IMG/VR virus record: IMGVR_UViG_3300032329_000082
Span: 1-29,600 of that record
Strand: one strand, 5' to 3'
Source: a virus
Taxonomy: Duplodnaviria; Caudoviricetes
Length of the DNA: 29,600 nucleotides
Shown: piece after piece, positions 8,147 through 17,793 of the stretch
Layout of the letters: each line of letters starts with the position of its first letter
Numbering within the stretch: the stretch's first letter is position 1
Made by a program: the position numbers and the translations under genes
Notes under the pieces: model-generated
Told to the model about the DNA's origin: nothing
Seen by the model: only the letters and a program-made list of their open reading frames with translations
Database searches by the model: none

Positions 8147-10441
8147 ATGGCATTTTCAAACGCAAGTGATGCGAGAACAAAATTAACAAATCCTTATACA
8201 GATAATAGTTCAGAGATTTTGTATGCCAATAATGATTTATTGGATTCGACTACAATATTTTACAAAAATTCAGCCAAGACTATTTTAGCAAGTGCTGGTA
8301 ATTACGTGGTTGTCACAAACTATAAAACATATTTCATTACTCTTGGAAGCGATGGTAAAATTAGCGGAACTAAATCCGAAGTAATGCCAAGTGGATCCGA
8401 TTCAACTTGGGTAGAGGATAGATTAAAAAATGGCGATGCATTAATATCGAATCAATTAAGCGTAGGGGGTACAAGTTTAAGCATTTCGGTAGATTTTAAA
8501 TTAACTGATGCAGTTTGGAGTTCAAGGCCATATAGTGGTAGCAAGGCTTGGATGATTGAACACGGAGATTTAAATACAACTGCAATAACTAATATTGATT
8601 TATCGGATATGCGTGGTTATGATTTGCGTCTAATTACTGGGGAATATACATCAAGTAAATTTGTCGGAACCGGTTATCCTTCAAATACTACATCTGCAAT
8701 AATTCATTTAGAATCAAATCCATCAAGATCGGATATAATAGGAAATAAAAAGTATTTTTTTCGGCCTGATTATTGGATTCCAAGTACTTTGCACAATACT
8801 CATTCATATTTTAGAAGGATGCCAGATATTGAGCAGATTTTTGATAAAAATGGAATTAAAAAAATGTGGGTTGATATGGCCGAACCATTGATGGATATTG
8901 TAAACGCATCTACTCATACGGCAAGAACATCAACACGGCTAAATAAAGGTATTACAGAGGCCCGAGATGTTACAACGACTTGGGGAGTAAGTCAAAACAT
9001 TGATAGAAATAAACATCTATTTTATGAATATGATGACACGTTTAAATATGCAGTGGCAAGGGCTTGGGATTCGAGTGGAGTACCGGCAACGGGTAATTTT
9101 TTAGACGATATTTGGCAACATAGAACGACTGCATTATTTGAGTCATTAGATGTAAGCCAAGCAAATAAATCTTCTTGGAGATATACTCGAGGCGGTTATG
9201 ATTGGAGTTATTACGAAGTAAATAAATATGAATTTACAACGGCTTGGGCATCAGGTACAAATTATCAATTCGATGGGCCAGCAAGTCAATATACAGCTTA
9301 TTTCTATCCTTATGGGGCAGCCAATGGAGTGCATATTGAATATGATTTTGAGGTAGTAAGCCCAGCTTTATTTTCTGAAATTGCGGGAATCAATTGGAAC
9401 AAATGTATTAATTCGGCCAAGGCAGTTGCTGAACAAGTTTATAGCGGTTTTCAATATCCAAAATTTTCTATTTATGGTTTAGGGATTTATCAATCTATTA
9501 ATCAAGGTGCAAGTGGTTATGGATGGAAAGATATGAAGCCGGGTAATACAATTACAGGAACGCAATTATATTCCGATTATCACGATTATTTTGTAAATGG
9601 TACAATTCCTTATACGAGTTTAGGAAGTTATAAAGCGTGGTTTAAAGGAGCAATTGAAAATTTTGGCTATTTCTATGTTTCAAACTATCAATTGGATATG
9701 GATGCCAAATTCCAAATTTATTCAATCGTTCATAATACCGATATTACAAGAAAGATATTATTTCAAATTTTAGGTGCTGGTTATAACAAAAAGGTTTGCA
9801 GTTATTTTTGGTATAAACAAGAATATGTATCGGGAACTACGGATTATTCATACCAACGTAAAGCAGTAACATCGGGAGGTGGACAATACAATACGGATCG
9901 CAACCGATTGGAAGCATCACCGTCAATGATGTACAATATGGCGGTATGGTCAATGACTTATGCAGATGGCTTATACTTTTGGTACCAAGCAAAATTAGGC
10001 GAAGAAACGGGAGCAGCAAGAACGGATGGAGAAGCAAATTCATTAAGTGATGGAGCCATCGAAACTAAATGGGGCGAAACTTGGTGCGTCGGTAAATCTT
10101 CATATGATTGGGCCTATATTGGTTATTTGCACGCAAGTCAAAACAAAGATATCATCGGGGCCAATACTGATTGGAAAACTCCTAATTATAAAATAGATTC
10201 TACCAATTGGACATCGGGAACGCAAGAATATCCGGTTAGTTTATTTAATCAATCAAGGCCCATATCTAAGTATAAATTAAGTGCAGATGGCACGGAGGCA
10301 TTAGTTATTATTTACAATGGATTTAATAATGGCTATACAAAAGTAACTCATACGTTACGATTGCCTGACAAGGCTAATTACCAGTTTACAGTTGATACTT
10401 GGGGAAGTTTCACTACGATTTTACGTTTAAGCGGTTTATAA
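8147..10441 (+). CDS. Large putative receptor-binding/depolymerase-like tail protein
   Basis: 764 aa, very Tyr/Trp-rich; N-terminus resembles the repeat module of the upstream gene. Function not identified. Confidence 0.4.
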   Translation: MAFSNASDARTKLTNPYTDNSSEILYANNDLLDSTTIFYKNSAKTILASAGNYVVVTNYKTYFITLGSDGKISGTKSEVMPSGSDSTWVEDRLKNGDALISNQLSVGGTSLSISVDFKLTDAVWSSRPYSGSKAWMIEHGDLNTTAITNIDLSDMRGYDLRLITGEYTSSKFVGTGYPSNTTSAIIHLESNPSRSDIIGNKKYFFRPDYWIPSTLHNTHSYFRRMPDIEQIFDKNGIKKMWVDMAEPLMDIVNASTHTARTSTRLNKGITEARDVTTTWGVSQNIDRNKHLFYEYDDTFKYAVARAWDSSGVPATGNFLDDIWQHRTTALFESLDVSQANKSSWRYTRGGYDWSYYEVNKYEFTTAWASGTNYQFDGPASQYTAYFYPYGAANGVHIEYDFEVVSPALFSEIAGINWNKCINSAKAVAEQVYSGFQYPKFSIYGLGIYQSINQGASGYGWKDMKPGNTITGTQLYSDYHDYFVNGTIPYTSLGSYKAWFKGAIENFGYFYVSNYQLDMDAKFQIYSIVHNTDITRKILFQILGAGYNKKVCSYFWYKQEYVSGTTDYSYQRKAVTSGGGQYNTDRNRLEASPSMMYNMAVWSMTYADGLYFWYQAKLGEETGAARTDGEANSLSDGAIETKWGETWCVGKSSYDWAYIGYLHASQNKDIIGANTDWKTPNYKIDSTNWTSGTQEYPVSLFNQSRPISKYKLSADGTEALVIIYNGFNNGYTKVTHTLRLPDKANYQFTVDTWGSFTTILRLSGL

Positions 10442-10442
10442 T

Positions 10443-10601
10443 ATGATAAAGCAATTAATTAGTTTATTAATGACGATTGACCATTTTAATCAATCTGAAT
10501 TAATTGAAATAGCAAAAGGAAGGAATGAGATTCCGACCACATTACACAAGGGAATTAAACAAATAAAAAGAATATCCAAATGGCGAAAGATGTCGAAGTA
10601 A
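10443..10601 (+). CDS. Small hypothetical protein (52 aa), not in ORF track
   Basis: MIKQLISLLMTIDHFNQSELIEIAKGRNEIPTTLHKGIKQIKRISKWRKMSK fills the gap and overlaps the tape measure start. Confidence 0.6.
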   Translation: MIKQLISLLMTIDHFNQSELIEIAKGRNEIPTTLHKGIKQIKRISKWRKMSK

Positions 10602-12043
10602 ATTTAAACGTAAAAAATAACTTTGAGGGATCAATTGCCGAATTAAAGAAACTAAAGAAGCAATTAAAAGACACCGAAGTCGGCACGGATGCTTTTAAAA
10701 ACCTTTATAATCAGATTGATGATTTAGAGGACAAAATTAAATCAGCCAAAAATGTTTCGTCTGATTGGGTAGATTCTTTGGCAAGTGCTGGTGGCCCGAT
10801 TGGAACATTAGGTACGGCCTTAAATAGTGCTAAGGTAGCAACACAATCATTTAGTGGTGCATTAAAAGCCACGGGAATCGGTTTGCTTGTTTCCTTAGTT
10901 GGTGGATTAGTGGCAGCATTTAATGATTCTGAAAAAGCGACTAAAAAATTACAACCATTATTTATCGGATTAGAAAAAATATTTAATGGGGTATTTTCTG
11001 CGATTGAACCATTGTTTAACACCTTGGTCGATTTTGCGATTAGTGCTTTGCCTTTAGTTTCTAAAGCAATGCAAACTGTGTACGGATCAGTCACGGCAGT
11101 TATTCAATCATTAGGAAGTTTAGGGAGTTCAGTTTTAAAATTTATTAAAGGCGATTTTTCGGGTGCCTGGAAGGATGCTAAATCTTCGGTAAATGATTTC
11201 GGTAAAAATTACGACGAATCAATTAAGCGTTTTCAAGATGGTTCAAAAGAATTAACAAAAACTGAAAGAGATGAAGCGGAAAAAAGAAAAAAAGCAAGAG
11301 ATGAAGCCGATAAAATTTTAAAACAAAAAAAAGAAGAAGAAAGATTAGCAGAATTAGCAAGGTTAGATGCAAGATTAAATTCAATTAGAGCATATGAGGC
11401 AAATATAGCAGCAGAAGAAATTGATGCTGAAAATGAAAGGAAAAAAAGAGCATCTGAAAAACAAGCACAAATAGAATTTGAAAATAATGCAGAATTAAAT
11501 TCAATGGCTACTTATGAGGCGAATATTACTGCAATTTCAAATGAAGAAGCTGAAAAAAGGAAAAAGGTAGCAGATATTGAGGCAAGAGCAAAAAATGCTT
11601 CATTACAATTATATGCTCAAGGTTTATTACAAATTGCTGATGCAATTGGTTCACATACTGAAGCTGGAAAAGTGGCAGCAATTGCTTCCGTAACTATTTC
11701 AACATATTTGGCAGCACAAAATGCCTATGCGGGACAAATGGAAATTGTAACACCTGACGCACCATTTAGAGCTGCACTTGCAGCAAGTTTAGCAGTCGCA
11801 GCAGGTTTAGCGAATGTAAATGCTATTATTAATACTCAAACTCCAGATGGTGGAACAAGTGGAGGAATGGCACCACAACCACAAGCACCAAGATTTAACG
11901 TAGTTGGTGCAAGTACTGCGAATCAAGTTGCACAAGTCATCGGTGGAAATAATCCACCAGTACGGGCCTATGTCGTAGCTAATGATGTAACAAGTCAACA
12001 AGCATTAGATCGAAATAGGGTAAGTGCCGCAACATTAGGATAA
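10580..12043 (+). CDS. Tape measure protein
   Basis: 487 aa, Ala/Gly-rich helical, with hydrophobic ALKATGIGLLVSLVGGLVAAF, a coiled-coil region and C-terminal PVRAYVV. Confidence 0.8.
   Translation: MAKDVEVNLNVKNNFEGSIAELKKLKKQLKDTEVGTDAFKNLYNQIDDLEDKIKSAKNVSSDWVDSLASAGGPIGTLGTALNSAKVATQSFSGALKATGIGLLVSLVGGLVAAFNDSEKATKKLQPLFIGLEKIFNGVFSAIEPLFNTLVDFAISALPLVSKAMQTVYGSVTAVIQSLGSLGSSVLKFIKGDFSGAWKDAKSSVNDFGKNYDESIKRFQDGSKELTKTERDEAEKRKKARDEADKILKQKKEEERLAELARLDARLNSIRAYEANIAAEEIDAENERKKRASEKQAQIEFENNAELNSMATYEANITAISNEEAEKRKKVADIEARAKNASLQLYAQGLLQIADAIGSHTEAGKVAAIASVTISTYLAAQNAYAGQMEIVTPDAPFRAALAASLAVAAGLANVNAIINTQTPDGGTSGGMAPQPQAPRFNVVGASTANQVAQVIGGNNPPVRAYVVANDVTSQQALDRNRVSAATLG
11374..11533 (+). 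repeat. Internal 120-nt (40 aa) period repeat in tape measure
   Basis: LNSIRAYEANIAA and LNSMATYEANITA; ATTAAATTCAAT...TATGAGGC recurs exactly 120 nt apart. Confidence 0.7.
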
Positions 12044-12054
12044 TCGAAAATATA

Positions 12055-12083
12055 ACAAAACAAAATTTAAAGGTTTAATGAGT
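12055..12083 (+). promoter_or_regulatory. Putative late promoter 2 (ACAAAA-N12-GTTTA-N6-ATG)
   Basis: Motif shared with 2718 and 15075; heads the capsid block. Confidence 0.6.
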
Positions 12084-12668
12084 ATGAAAATAATCGAGTT
12101 GATTATCGAAAACGATATGGATGGAATTGAGGCGATTTCGTTGGTTGAAAAACCTGCGATTGAATCCAATTTTATCACATTGGCTAAAGAGTACGAAATG
12201 AATTTGGCGGAAGTTGATGGAGAGAAACACATATTAATGGGCCCGGCATTAATTCCAAATAAAATGATTTTCAGAAAGGAAGGTGATTTGAAATACCAGG
12301 TCTATTTTTCAGAAGCTACGGTAGAGCAAGCAAGCCAAATGTATTTAAAAGCGGGCAATCAATCAAACGCAACTTTGCACCACAAAACAAAGGTAGATGG
12401 TATGTCCTTAGTTGAATCGTGGATCATCACTAATCCCGAAATGGATAAGTCAAAAGCCTATGGGTTTGATTTGCCTAAAGGAACGTGGATGGTATCGATG
12501 AAGGCCGATAATGAGGAAATGTGGCAAAAGGCAAAAAGCGGAGAGGTCAAAGGTTTTTCAATTGAAGGATATTTTGCGGACAAATTGAGTTTACAAGTTT
12601 TGCCTGATATTGATGACAATGAATTAGTAGAACACATTTTAAATATTTTAGAAGATGACAAAAAATAG
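12084..12668 (+). CDS. XkdF-like putative prohead protease
   Basis: AISLVEKPAIE, GPALIP, TLHH, VESW, GTW and KGFSIEG motifs; precedes scaffold and capsid. Second ATG chosen from promoter spacing (track start 12078). Confidence 0.7.
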   Translation: MKIIELIIENDMDGIEAISLVEKPAIESNFITLAKEYEMNLAEVDGEKHILMGPALIPNKMIFRKEGDLKYQVYFSEATVEQASQMYLKAGNQSNATLHHKTKVDGMSLVESWIITNPEMDKSKAYGFDLPKGTWMVSMKADNEEMWQKAKSGEVKGFSIEGYFADKLSLQVLPDIDDNELVEHILNILEDDKK

Positions 12669-12843
12669 TTATTCAAGTCCAAAAGGCGGTAATCGTGGAT
12701 GCTTATGCAAAGATGAAACGTATTCCCCTGATTGTTGCGATGGCGAGATTATCTCGCAAGGTGTTGGGGCCTTAGTTGATCAAGTTGTTTCAAATGTTAA
12801 CAACACGAATGCACCGAGGACAATAATTTCAGTAAGTAATTAA
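12655..12843 (+). CDS. Small Cys-rich protein
   Basis: GCLCKDETYSPDCCDG, 62 aa, in the head block. Confidence 0.6.
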   Translation: MTKNSYSSPKGGNRGCLCKDETYSPDCCDGEIISQGVGALVDQVVSNVNNTNAPRTIISVSN

Positions 12844-12855
12844 ATAATAAATCAT

Positions 12856-13449
12856 ATGGAATACAAAAGCAAAAAAAACTTGATTAAGGCCGCATTGGGT
12901 TTCCAAGTCAATCTTGCACAAATGAAGTTAGAGGATGGTATTACCATCGTTGAAGCTGAAGCATTTGAGCCTGATTACTCAATCGGAATTGTTACGGCTG
13001 ACGGTATTGTACCGTTACCAGTAGGCGAATATACTTTGGAAGATGGTAAAATCTTATCAGTAAAGGTTGAAGGGATTATTGCAGAGGTTAAAGATGCAAT
13101 GCCTGTGGAGGCACCTATGCCAGAGGCACCTGTAGAAATTAATGTCGAAGCAGATTCACAAGCACCACAACCCAAAAGGGTTGTTGAATCGGTAAGCAAA
13201 GAAACATTTTTTGCAGAAATCGAGAAGTTACGCACGGAATTATCGGCACAAATCAACGAAGTTAAAGCGGAAAATGAATCGTTAAAAGCCGAAAAATTAG
13301 ACTTAGAAGTAAAATTAAATAGCCAAGAAGAAGGAGCCGAGCCAATTGTTCAGAATCCCGAAGCTGAAGTAAAAGTACAAGGATTTGCGTACGGACAAAA
13401 TCATCCGGAAACAATCTTGGATAATGTGTTTTCAAAAATATTTTCATAA
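12856..13449 (+). CDS. Putative capsid scaffolding protein
   Basis: Acidic, PLPVGEYTLEDG motif, C-terminal coiled coil, directly upstream of the capsid gene. Confidence 0.6.
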   Translation: MEYKSKKNLIKAALGFQVNLAQMKLEDGITIVEAEAFEPDYSIGIVTADGIVPLPVGEYTLEDGKILSVKVEGIIAEVKDAMPVEAPMPEAPVEINVEADSQAPQPKRVVESVSKETFFAEIEKLRTELSAQINEVKAENESLKAEKLDLEVKLNSQEEGAEPIVQNPEAEVKVQGFAYGQNHPETILDNVFSKIFS

Positions 13450-13472
13450 CAATTTAAATTTAGTAAAAAGAA

Positions 13473-14426
13473 ATGGCGACTACGACAAGTTTAACCACCA
13501 CCTATGCCGGTCAATACGCAAATAAGATTATTGCGGCATCATTACTTTCATCACCTACCATTGATCGCGGTGGTATTGAGGTAAAGCCTAACGTAAATTA
13601 CAAGCAAGTTATCAAGCGTGTTGCTACGGATTCAATCTTGAAAGATGCGACTTGTGATTTCGATGCAACATCGACGGTAACTATTACTGAAAAAGTTTTA
13701 GCACCGGAAGAATTTCAAGTAAACTTACAATTATGTAAAAAAGATTATGTTTCTGATTGGTTAGCAGTAGAACAAGGATTTTCAGCGTTTAAGGTATTAC
13801 CTAAATCATTTCAAGATTTCTTAGTTGCTCACGTTGCTGCTAAAGTTGCTGCAAAAAATGAAACTAACATTTGGGAAGGTGTAACGGCTAACGCTGGAGA
13901 ATTTAATGGTTTAACTACATTATTAACGACGGATGCTGCTTTGCCATCGGCTCAAGAAGTTGCGGGAACTACTGTAACGGCTTCAAACGTAATTACTGAA
14001 CTTGGTAAAATTGTTGACGCTATCCCAGCTTCATTGTACACTAAAGATGATCTTTACATCTACGTTTCTCAATCTATTGCACGTTCTTATGTTCGTGCTT
14101 TGGGTGGCTTTGGTTCTTCGGGATTAGGTGCTGCAGGTACTAACGCAATGGGAACTCAATGGTACAACAACGGAAGTTTAACATTTGACGGAATCAAGAT
14201 TTTTGTTGCTGATGGTCTTGCATCTACTAAGGCAATTGCGACACAAAAATCAAACCTTTATTTTGGTACTGATTTATTATTTGACCTTGCAGAAGTTCAA
14301 GTAATTGATATGTCCCCAATGGACGGTTCTCAAAACGTGCGTATCGTAATGCGTATGACGGCTGGAGTTCAATACGGATTTGCATCTGATATTGTTACTT
14401 ACGGAATTACAAACTCCGCTAACTAA
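13473..14426 (+). CDS. Major capsid protein
   Basis: 317 aa with biased codon usage (GCT/ACT/GGT), located after protease and scaffold and followed by a terminator. Confidence 0.8.
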   Translation: MATTTSLTTTYAGQYANKIIAASLLSSPTIDRGGIEVKPNVNYKQVIKRVATDSILKDATCDFDATSTVTITEKVLAPEEFQVNLQLCKKDYVSDWLAVEQGFSAFKVLPKSFQDFLVAHVAAKVAAKNETNIWEGVTANAGEFNGLTTLLTTDAALPSAQEVAGTTVTASNVITELGKIVDAIPASLYTKDDLYIYVSQSIARSYVRALGGFGSSGLGAAGTNAMGTQWYNNGSLTFDGIKIFVADGLASTKAIATQKSNLYFGTDLLFDLAEVQVIDMSPMDGSQNVRIVMRMTAGVQYGFASDIVTYGITNSAN

Positions 14427-14434
14427 TTAGTTTA

Positions 14435-14467
14435 AAGCACCTCGTTAATTCGGGGTGCTTATTTTTC
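14435..14467 (+). terminator. Intrinsic terminator after capsid gene
   Basis: AAGCACCTCG-TTAATT-CGGGGTGCTT followed by ATTTTT. Confidence 0.8.
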
Positions 14468-14486
14468 ACATTTAAATAAATTCAAT

Positions 14487-15014
14487 ATGCCTTGCGATAT
14501 TAGTTTAGGACGGTTAGAGCCTTGCAAAACCAGCGTCGGTGGATTGAGAGCAGTTTACATAATGAACGAAGGTGACGCAACAACCGTTACCTACGATGCA
14601 ACTGATACGGATGCGATAACTGCAATTGCAGGCACTCCGATTGGTTACAAATACGATTTGAAGGGTTCAAGTTCTTTTGAGCAAACAATCAATTCAAGCC
14701 GTGCGAATGGAACTACTTTCTTCACGCAAACGCTTAATTTATCCTTAAAAGGGATCACAAAAAAAGACTTGAAACAAATCAAGTTGTTAGCCTACACACG
14801 GCCTCAGGTTATCATCGAGGACAATAACGGAAATTTCTTTTATGCCGGATTAAAAAACGGAATGGAAGTAACGGGCGGTTCAATAGTTACGGGTGCAGCA
14901 ATGGGCGATTTATCAGGTTTCACAATTACATTAGTGGGCGAGGAGCCGGTACCTGCAAACATCATTACAACATCATTGACATCTGCGGGTGTTACTATTA
15001 CGGTTGGAACCTAA
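14487..15014 (+). CDS. Putative major tail (tube) protein
   Basis: 175 aa, T/G-rich beta protein with GTTFFTQTLNL and GDLSGFTITLVGEE; flanked by terminators. Confidence 0.65.
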   Translation: MPCDISLGRLEPCKTSVGGLRAVYIMNEGDATTVTYDATDTDAITAIAGTPIGYKYDLKGSSSFEQTINSSRANGTTFFTQTLNLSLKGITKKDLKQIKLLAYTRPQVIIEDNNGNFFYAGLKNGMEVTGGSIVTGAAMGDLSGFTITLVGEEPVPANIITTSLTSAGVTITVGT

Positions 15015-15035
15015 TTAGGTTTAATTTTAAGAAGT

Positions 15036-15071
15036 TGGAAGGCCGGGCAGAGTTCCCGGTCTTTCCATTTT
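15036..15071 (+). terminator. Intrinsic terminator after tail tube gene
   Basis: TGGAAGGCCGGG-CAGAGTT-CCCGGTCTTTCCA followed by TTTT. Confidence 0.75.
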
Positions 15072-15074
15072 AAA

Positions 15075-15103
15075 ACAAAATCAGTTTTTTCGGTTTATAG
15101 TAT
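15075..15103 (+). promoter_or_regulatory. Putative late promoter 3 (ACAAAA-N12-GTTTA-N6-ATG)
   Basis: Immediately after a terminator; motif shared with 2718 and 12055. Confidence 0.6.
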
Positions 15104-15538
15104 ATGATTCTATTGAAGCAAATTGCAACGGCCCAACAAATTAAATTCATTCCGACACGGAGTGGAAGGCCGAATGAGTTAATATTGAAAAACGAAACAA
15201 CTAACGTGCAAACTCAGTATTATATTGATTGCACGACTGAATCGTTTTATAGTAAATTTTCGAAAATTCTTGATTTAAAGGAAGGTCATTTTTATACGTT
15301 GACAATCAACGAAAATTCGGATAAAACAAATATTGATAATTTTGCTTCGAGGGTTGTGGCAGATGGTGGAACGTATGAAGGGGAATCGTGTTTGTATGTT
15401 TTTTACTCATTGTTTGCCCATACAACAACTTTGATACACTTGGACAAGGTATTTGTCACAAATCAAGTTATCGACGATTACAGTATAAATAAAAACGAAT
15501 ATGTACAAAATTCGTCAAACATAATTTTCTATGAATAA
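15104..15538 (+). CDS. Hypothetical virion protein (possible head closure)
   Basis: 144 aa, upstream of portal; carries the shared FxxRVxxDxGTYExxxCL peptide. Confidence 0.5.
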   Translation: MILLKQIATAQQIKFIPTRSGRPNELILKNETTNVQTQYYIDCTTESFYSKFSKILDLKEGHFYTLTINENSDKTNIDNFASRVVADGGTYEGESCLYVFYSLFAHTTTLIHLDKVFVTNQVIDDYSINKNEYVQNSSNIIFYE

Positions 15539-17291
15539 AAGAAAAGAAAATAGCGGTTTACATTTTGTTCAATTAGAGGCATATTCAGCCCCTAAGATGA
15601 CGGAAAACAACCGTGATGCGTGGGTTGGATTTGGAGAAGATAATAATTTCTTTCAGTTTTTGATTGACCGATACAACGGATCTACAACTAATAACGCAGT
15701 AATTAACAATGTTATTAAATTGATCTACGGCCGTGGTTTAGATGCTACGGATTCAAGCAAGAAGCCCAACGAATATGCACAAATGATGATGCTATTTAGA
15801 AAGGATATTGTTAAAAAAGGAGTGGCAGACCTTAAAATGTTGGGCCAATATGCATATCAATTAATTTACAACAAGTCAAAGGATGCCATCATTCGGGTGG
15901 AACACATTCCAGTACAATTATTAAGGGCCGAGAAGTGCAATGCAAAAGGGGAAATTGAAGCTTATTATTATTCTGATAATTGGGACGATACAAAGAAATT
16001 TGTACCTAAACGCATTCCGGCTTTTGGTTATGGCGATAAAACTTTGGAAATCCTTTATATTGGAAATTACACGGTAGGCCAGAAATATTATTCAAATGTT
16101 GATTACATAGGTGCCATTCCTTATGCTAAATTAGAGGAGGAAATAGCCGATTATTTAATCAACGATGTACAAAATGGATTCAGTCCGACAAGCGTGGTAA
16201 ATTTTAATAATGGAATACCGGATGAAGAAAAAAGGGAATTAATTAGTCGCCAGGTATCGGCAACATTAACCGGATCGAAGGGGAAAAAAGTTGTCGTTTC
16301 ATTTAATAATGATGAAACCAAAAAAACTACCGTAGATTCTATTCCTTTGAACGATGCACCAAAGCACTACGAATACCTTAGTCAAGAGGCCCAAGGCAAG
16401 ATTTTGTTAGGTCACGGGGTTGTTAGTGGTTTACAGTTTGGAATACCTTCCGCAAATGGATTTAGTTCGAATGCAGACGAGTTAAAAAATGCGATTACCT
16501 TATTCGATAATATGGTAATTCGTTATTTTCAAGACACGTTCATCGATGGAATCGAAAAGGTTTTGTCTTTTAATGGAGTTAGTCTAAATCTATATTTTAA
16601 GACCTTGCAACCATTAGAGTTTGTTGATTTAAATCCTATTGTTGATAAGGCAACGATGGAAGAAGAAACGGGAGTAAAATTGTCGGCCCATTTAGATGAA
16701 ATTGAACTTGAAGAATTTGGCGAGGATATAGATTTGAACGAATGGGAGTTAATTGATTCAAGAGTGGTTGATGATATGGAAGCAGAGGCCCAATTGGATG
16801 CGGAACTTGAAGCATTAAACAATCCAAAAAAATCGTTAATGTCGAAGGTTTACGAATTTGTTACTACTGGAGTTGCCCGACCAAATATCGGTTCAAGTCA
16901 AGACGGCAAATTATTTATGAGCCGTTATCGGTATGCTGGAGAAACTACTGATAAGAGCCGACCTTTTTGTGTTAAAATGACGCAATTAAATAAACTATAT
17001 CGTAAAGAGGATATTGAATTAATGAGCCAAAAGGCAAGTACAAATCCAGGTTGGGGGCCACGAGGTGCAGACACTTATGATATTTTTCTTTACAAAGGTG
17101 GTGGAGCTTGTCATCATTTTTGGGTGCGTGAAACGTACAAAAGATTCACTGATCCAAGACGCAAAGGATCAGTACAGATAACACCAGCACAAGCACGGAA
17201 GCAAGGCGAGATTTTGCCAACAAATAACAAATTGGTTTATACAAAGCCGATAGATATGCCAAATAAAGGATTTTTACCAAAAGGAAAATAA
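15531..17291 (+). CDS. Portal protein with C-terminal extension
   Basis: Portal-like layout (GEDNNF, STTNNAVIN, NGFSPTSVVNF, ILLGHGV) followed by ~200 aa containing SRPFC and GGGACHHFW. Confidence 0.75.
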   Translation: MNKRKENSGLHFVQLEAYSAPKMTENNRDAWVGFGEDNNFFQFLIDRYNGSTTNNAVINNVIKLIYGRGLDATDSSKKPNEYAQMMMLFRKDIVKKGVADLKMLGQYAYQLIYNKSKDAIIRVEHIPVQLLRAEKCNAKGEIEAYYYSDNWDDTKKFVPKRIPAFGYGDKTLEILYIGNYTVGQKYYSNVDYIGAIPYAKLEEEIADYLINDVQNGFSPTSVVNFNNGIPDEEKRELISRQVSATLTGSKGKKVVVSFNNDETKKTTVDSIPLNDAPKHYEYLSQEAQGKILLGHGVVSGLQFGIPSANGFSSNADELKNAITLFDNMVIRYFQDTFIDGIEKVLSFNGVSLNLYFKTLQPLEFVDLNPIVDKATMEEETGVKLSAHLDEIELEEFGEDIDLNEWELIDSRVVDDMEAEAQLDAELEALNNPKKSLMSKVYEFVTTGVARPNIGSSQDGKLFMSRYRYAGETTDKSRPFCVKMTQLNKLYRKEDIELMSQKASTNPGWGPRGADTYDIFLYKGGGACHHFWVRETYKRFTDPRRKGSVQITPAQARKQGEILPTNNKLVYTKPIDMPNKGFLPKGK

Positions 17292-17292
17292 G

Positions 17293-17793
17293 ATGGCAAC
17301 AGCACTATTTGTAAGTCGGGACGAGATTATTAAGTTTACTGCACTAAATGGAAATATTGATACGGACAATTTTTTACAATGGGTTAAAGTGGCCCAAGAT
17401 ATTCACATTCAAAGCTATTTAGGAACAAGGTTATTTAAGAAAATAAACGATGATTTAGTTTCTGGAACGTTATCAGGTAATTATTTGTCTTTGACGAATG
17501 TTTACATTAAGCCAATGTTGATTCATTGGTCAATGGTGGAGTACTTACCTTTTGCAGCTTACACAATTTCAAATAAGGGAGTTTATAAACATAATTCGGA
17601 AACGAGTGATACGGTCAATAAAGATGAAATTGATTTCTTGGTAGAAAAAGAAAGGTCAATTGCAGAAAATTACTCCAGGCGATTTATTGATTATATGAGT
17701 TTTAATCAGTCTTTGTTTCCAGAATATAACACTAATTCAAACGCAGATGTCTATCCAACAAAAGAATCAGATTTTAACGGTTGGGTTTTGTAG
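17293..17793 (+). CDS. Putative head-tail adaptor
   Basis: 166 aa helical protein right after portal (AQDIHIQSYLGTRLF, YIKPMLIHW). Confidence 0.55.
   Translation: MATALFVSRDEIIKFTALNGNIDTDNFLQWVKVAQDIHIQSYLGTRLFKKINDDLVSGTLSGNYLSLTNVYIKPMLIHWSMVEYLPFAAYTISNKGVYKHNSETSDTVNKDEIDFLVEKERSIAENYSRRFIDYMSFNQSLFPEYNTNSNADVYPTKESDFNGWVL

Noticed and set aside
8136-8149. T TTA AAA slippery heptamer before the 850-aa gene stop as a fusion signal
   Set aside because: Fusion to 8147 needs +1; the -1 frame hits a stop after about 15 codons.
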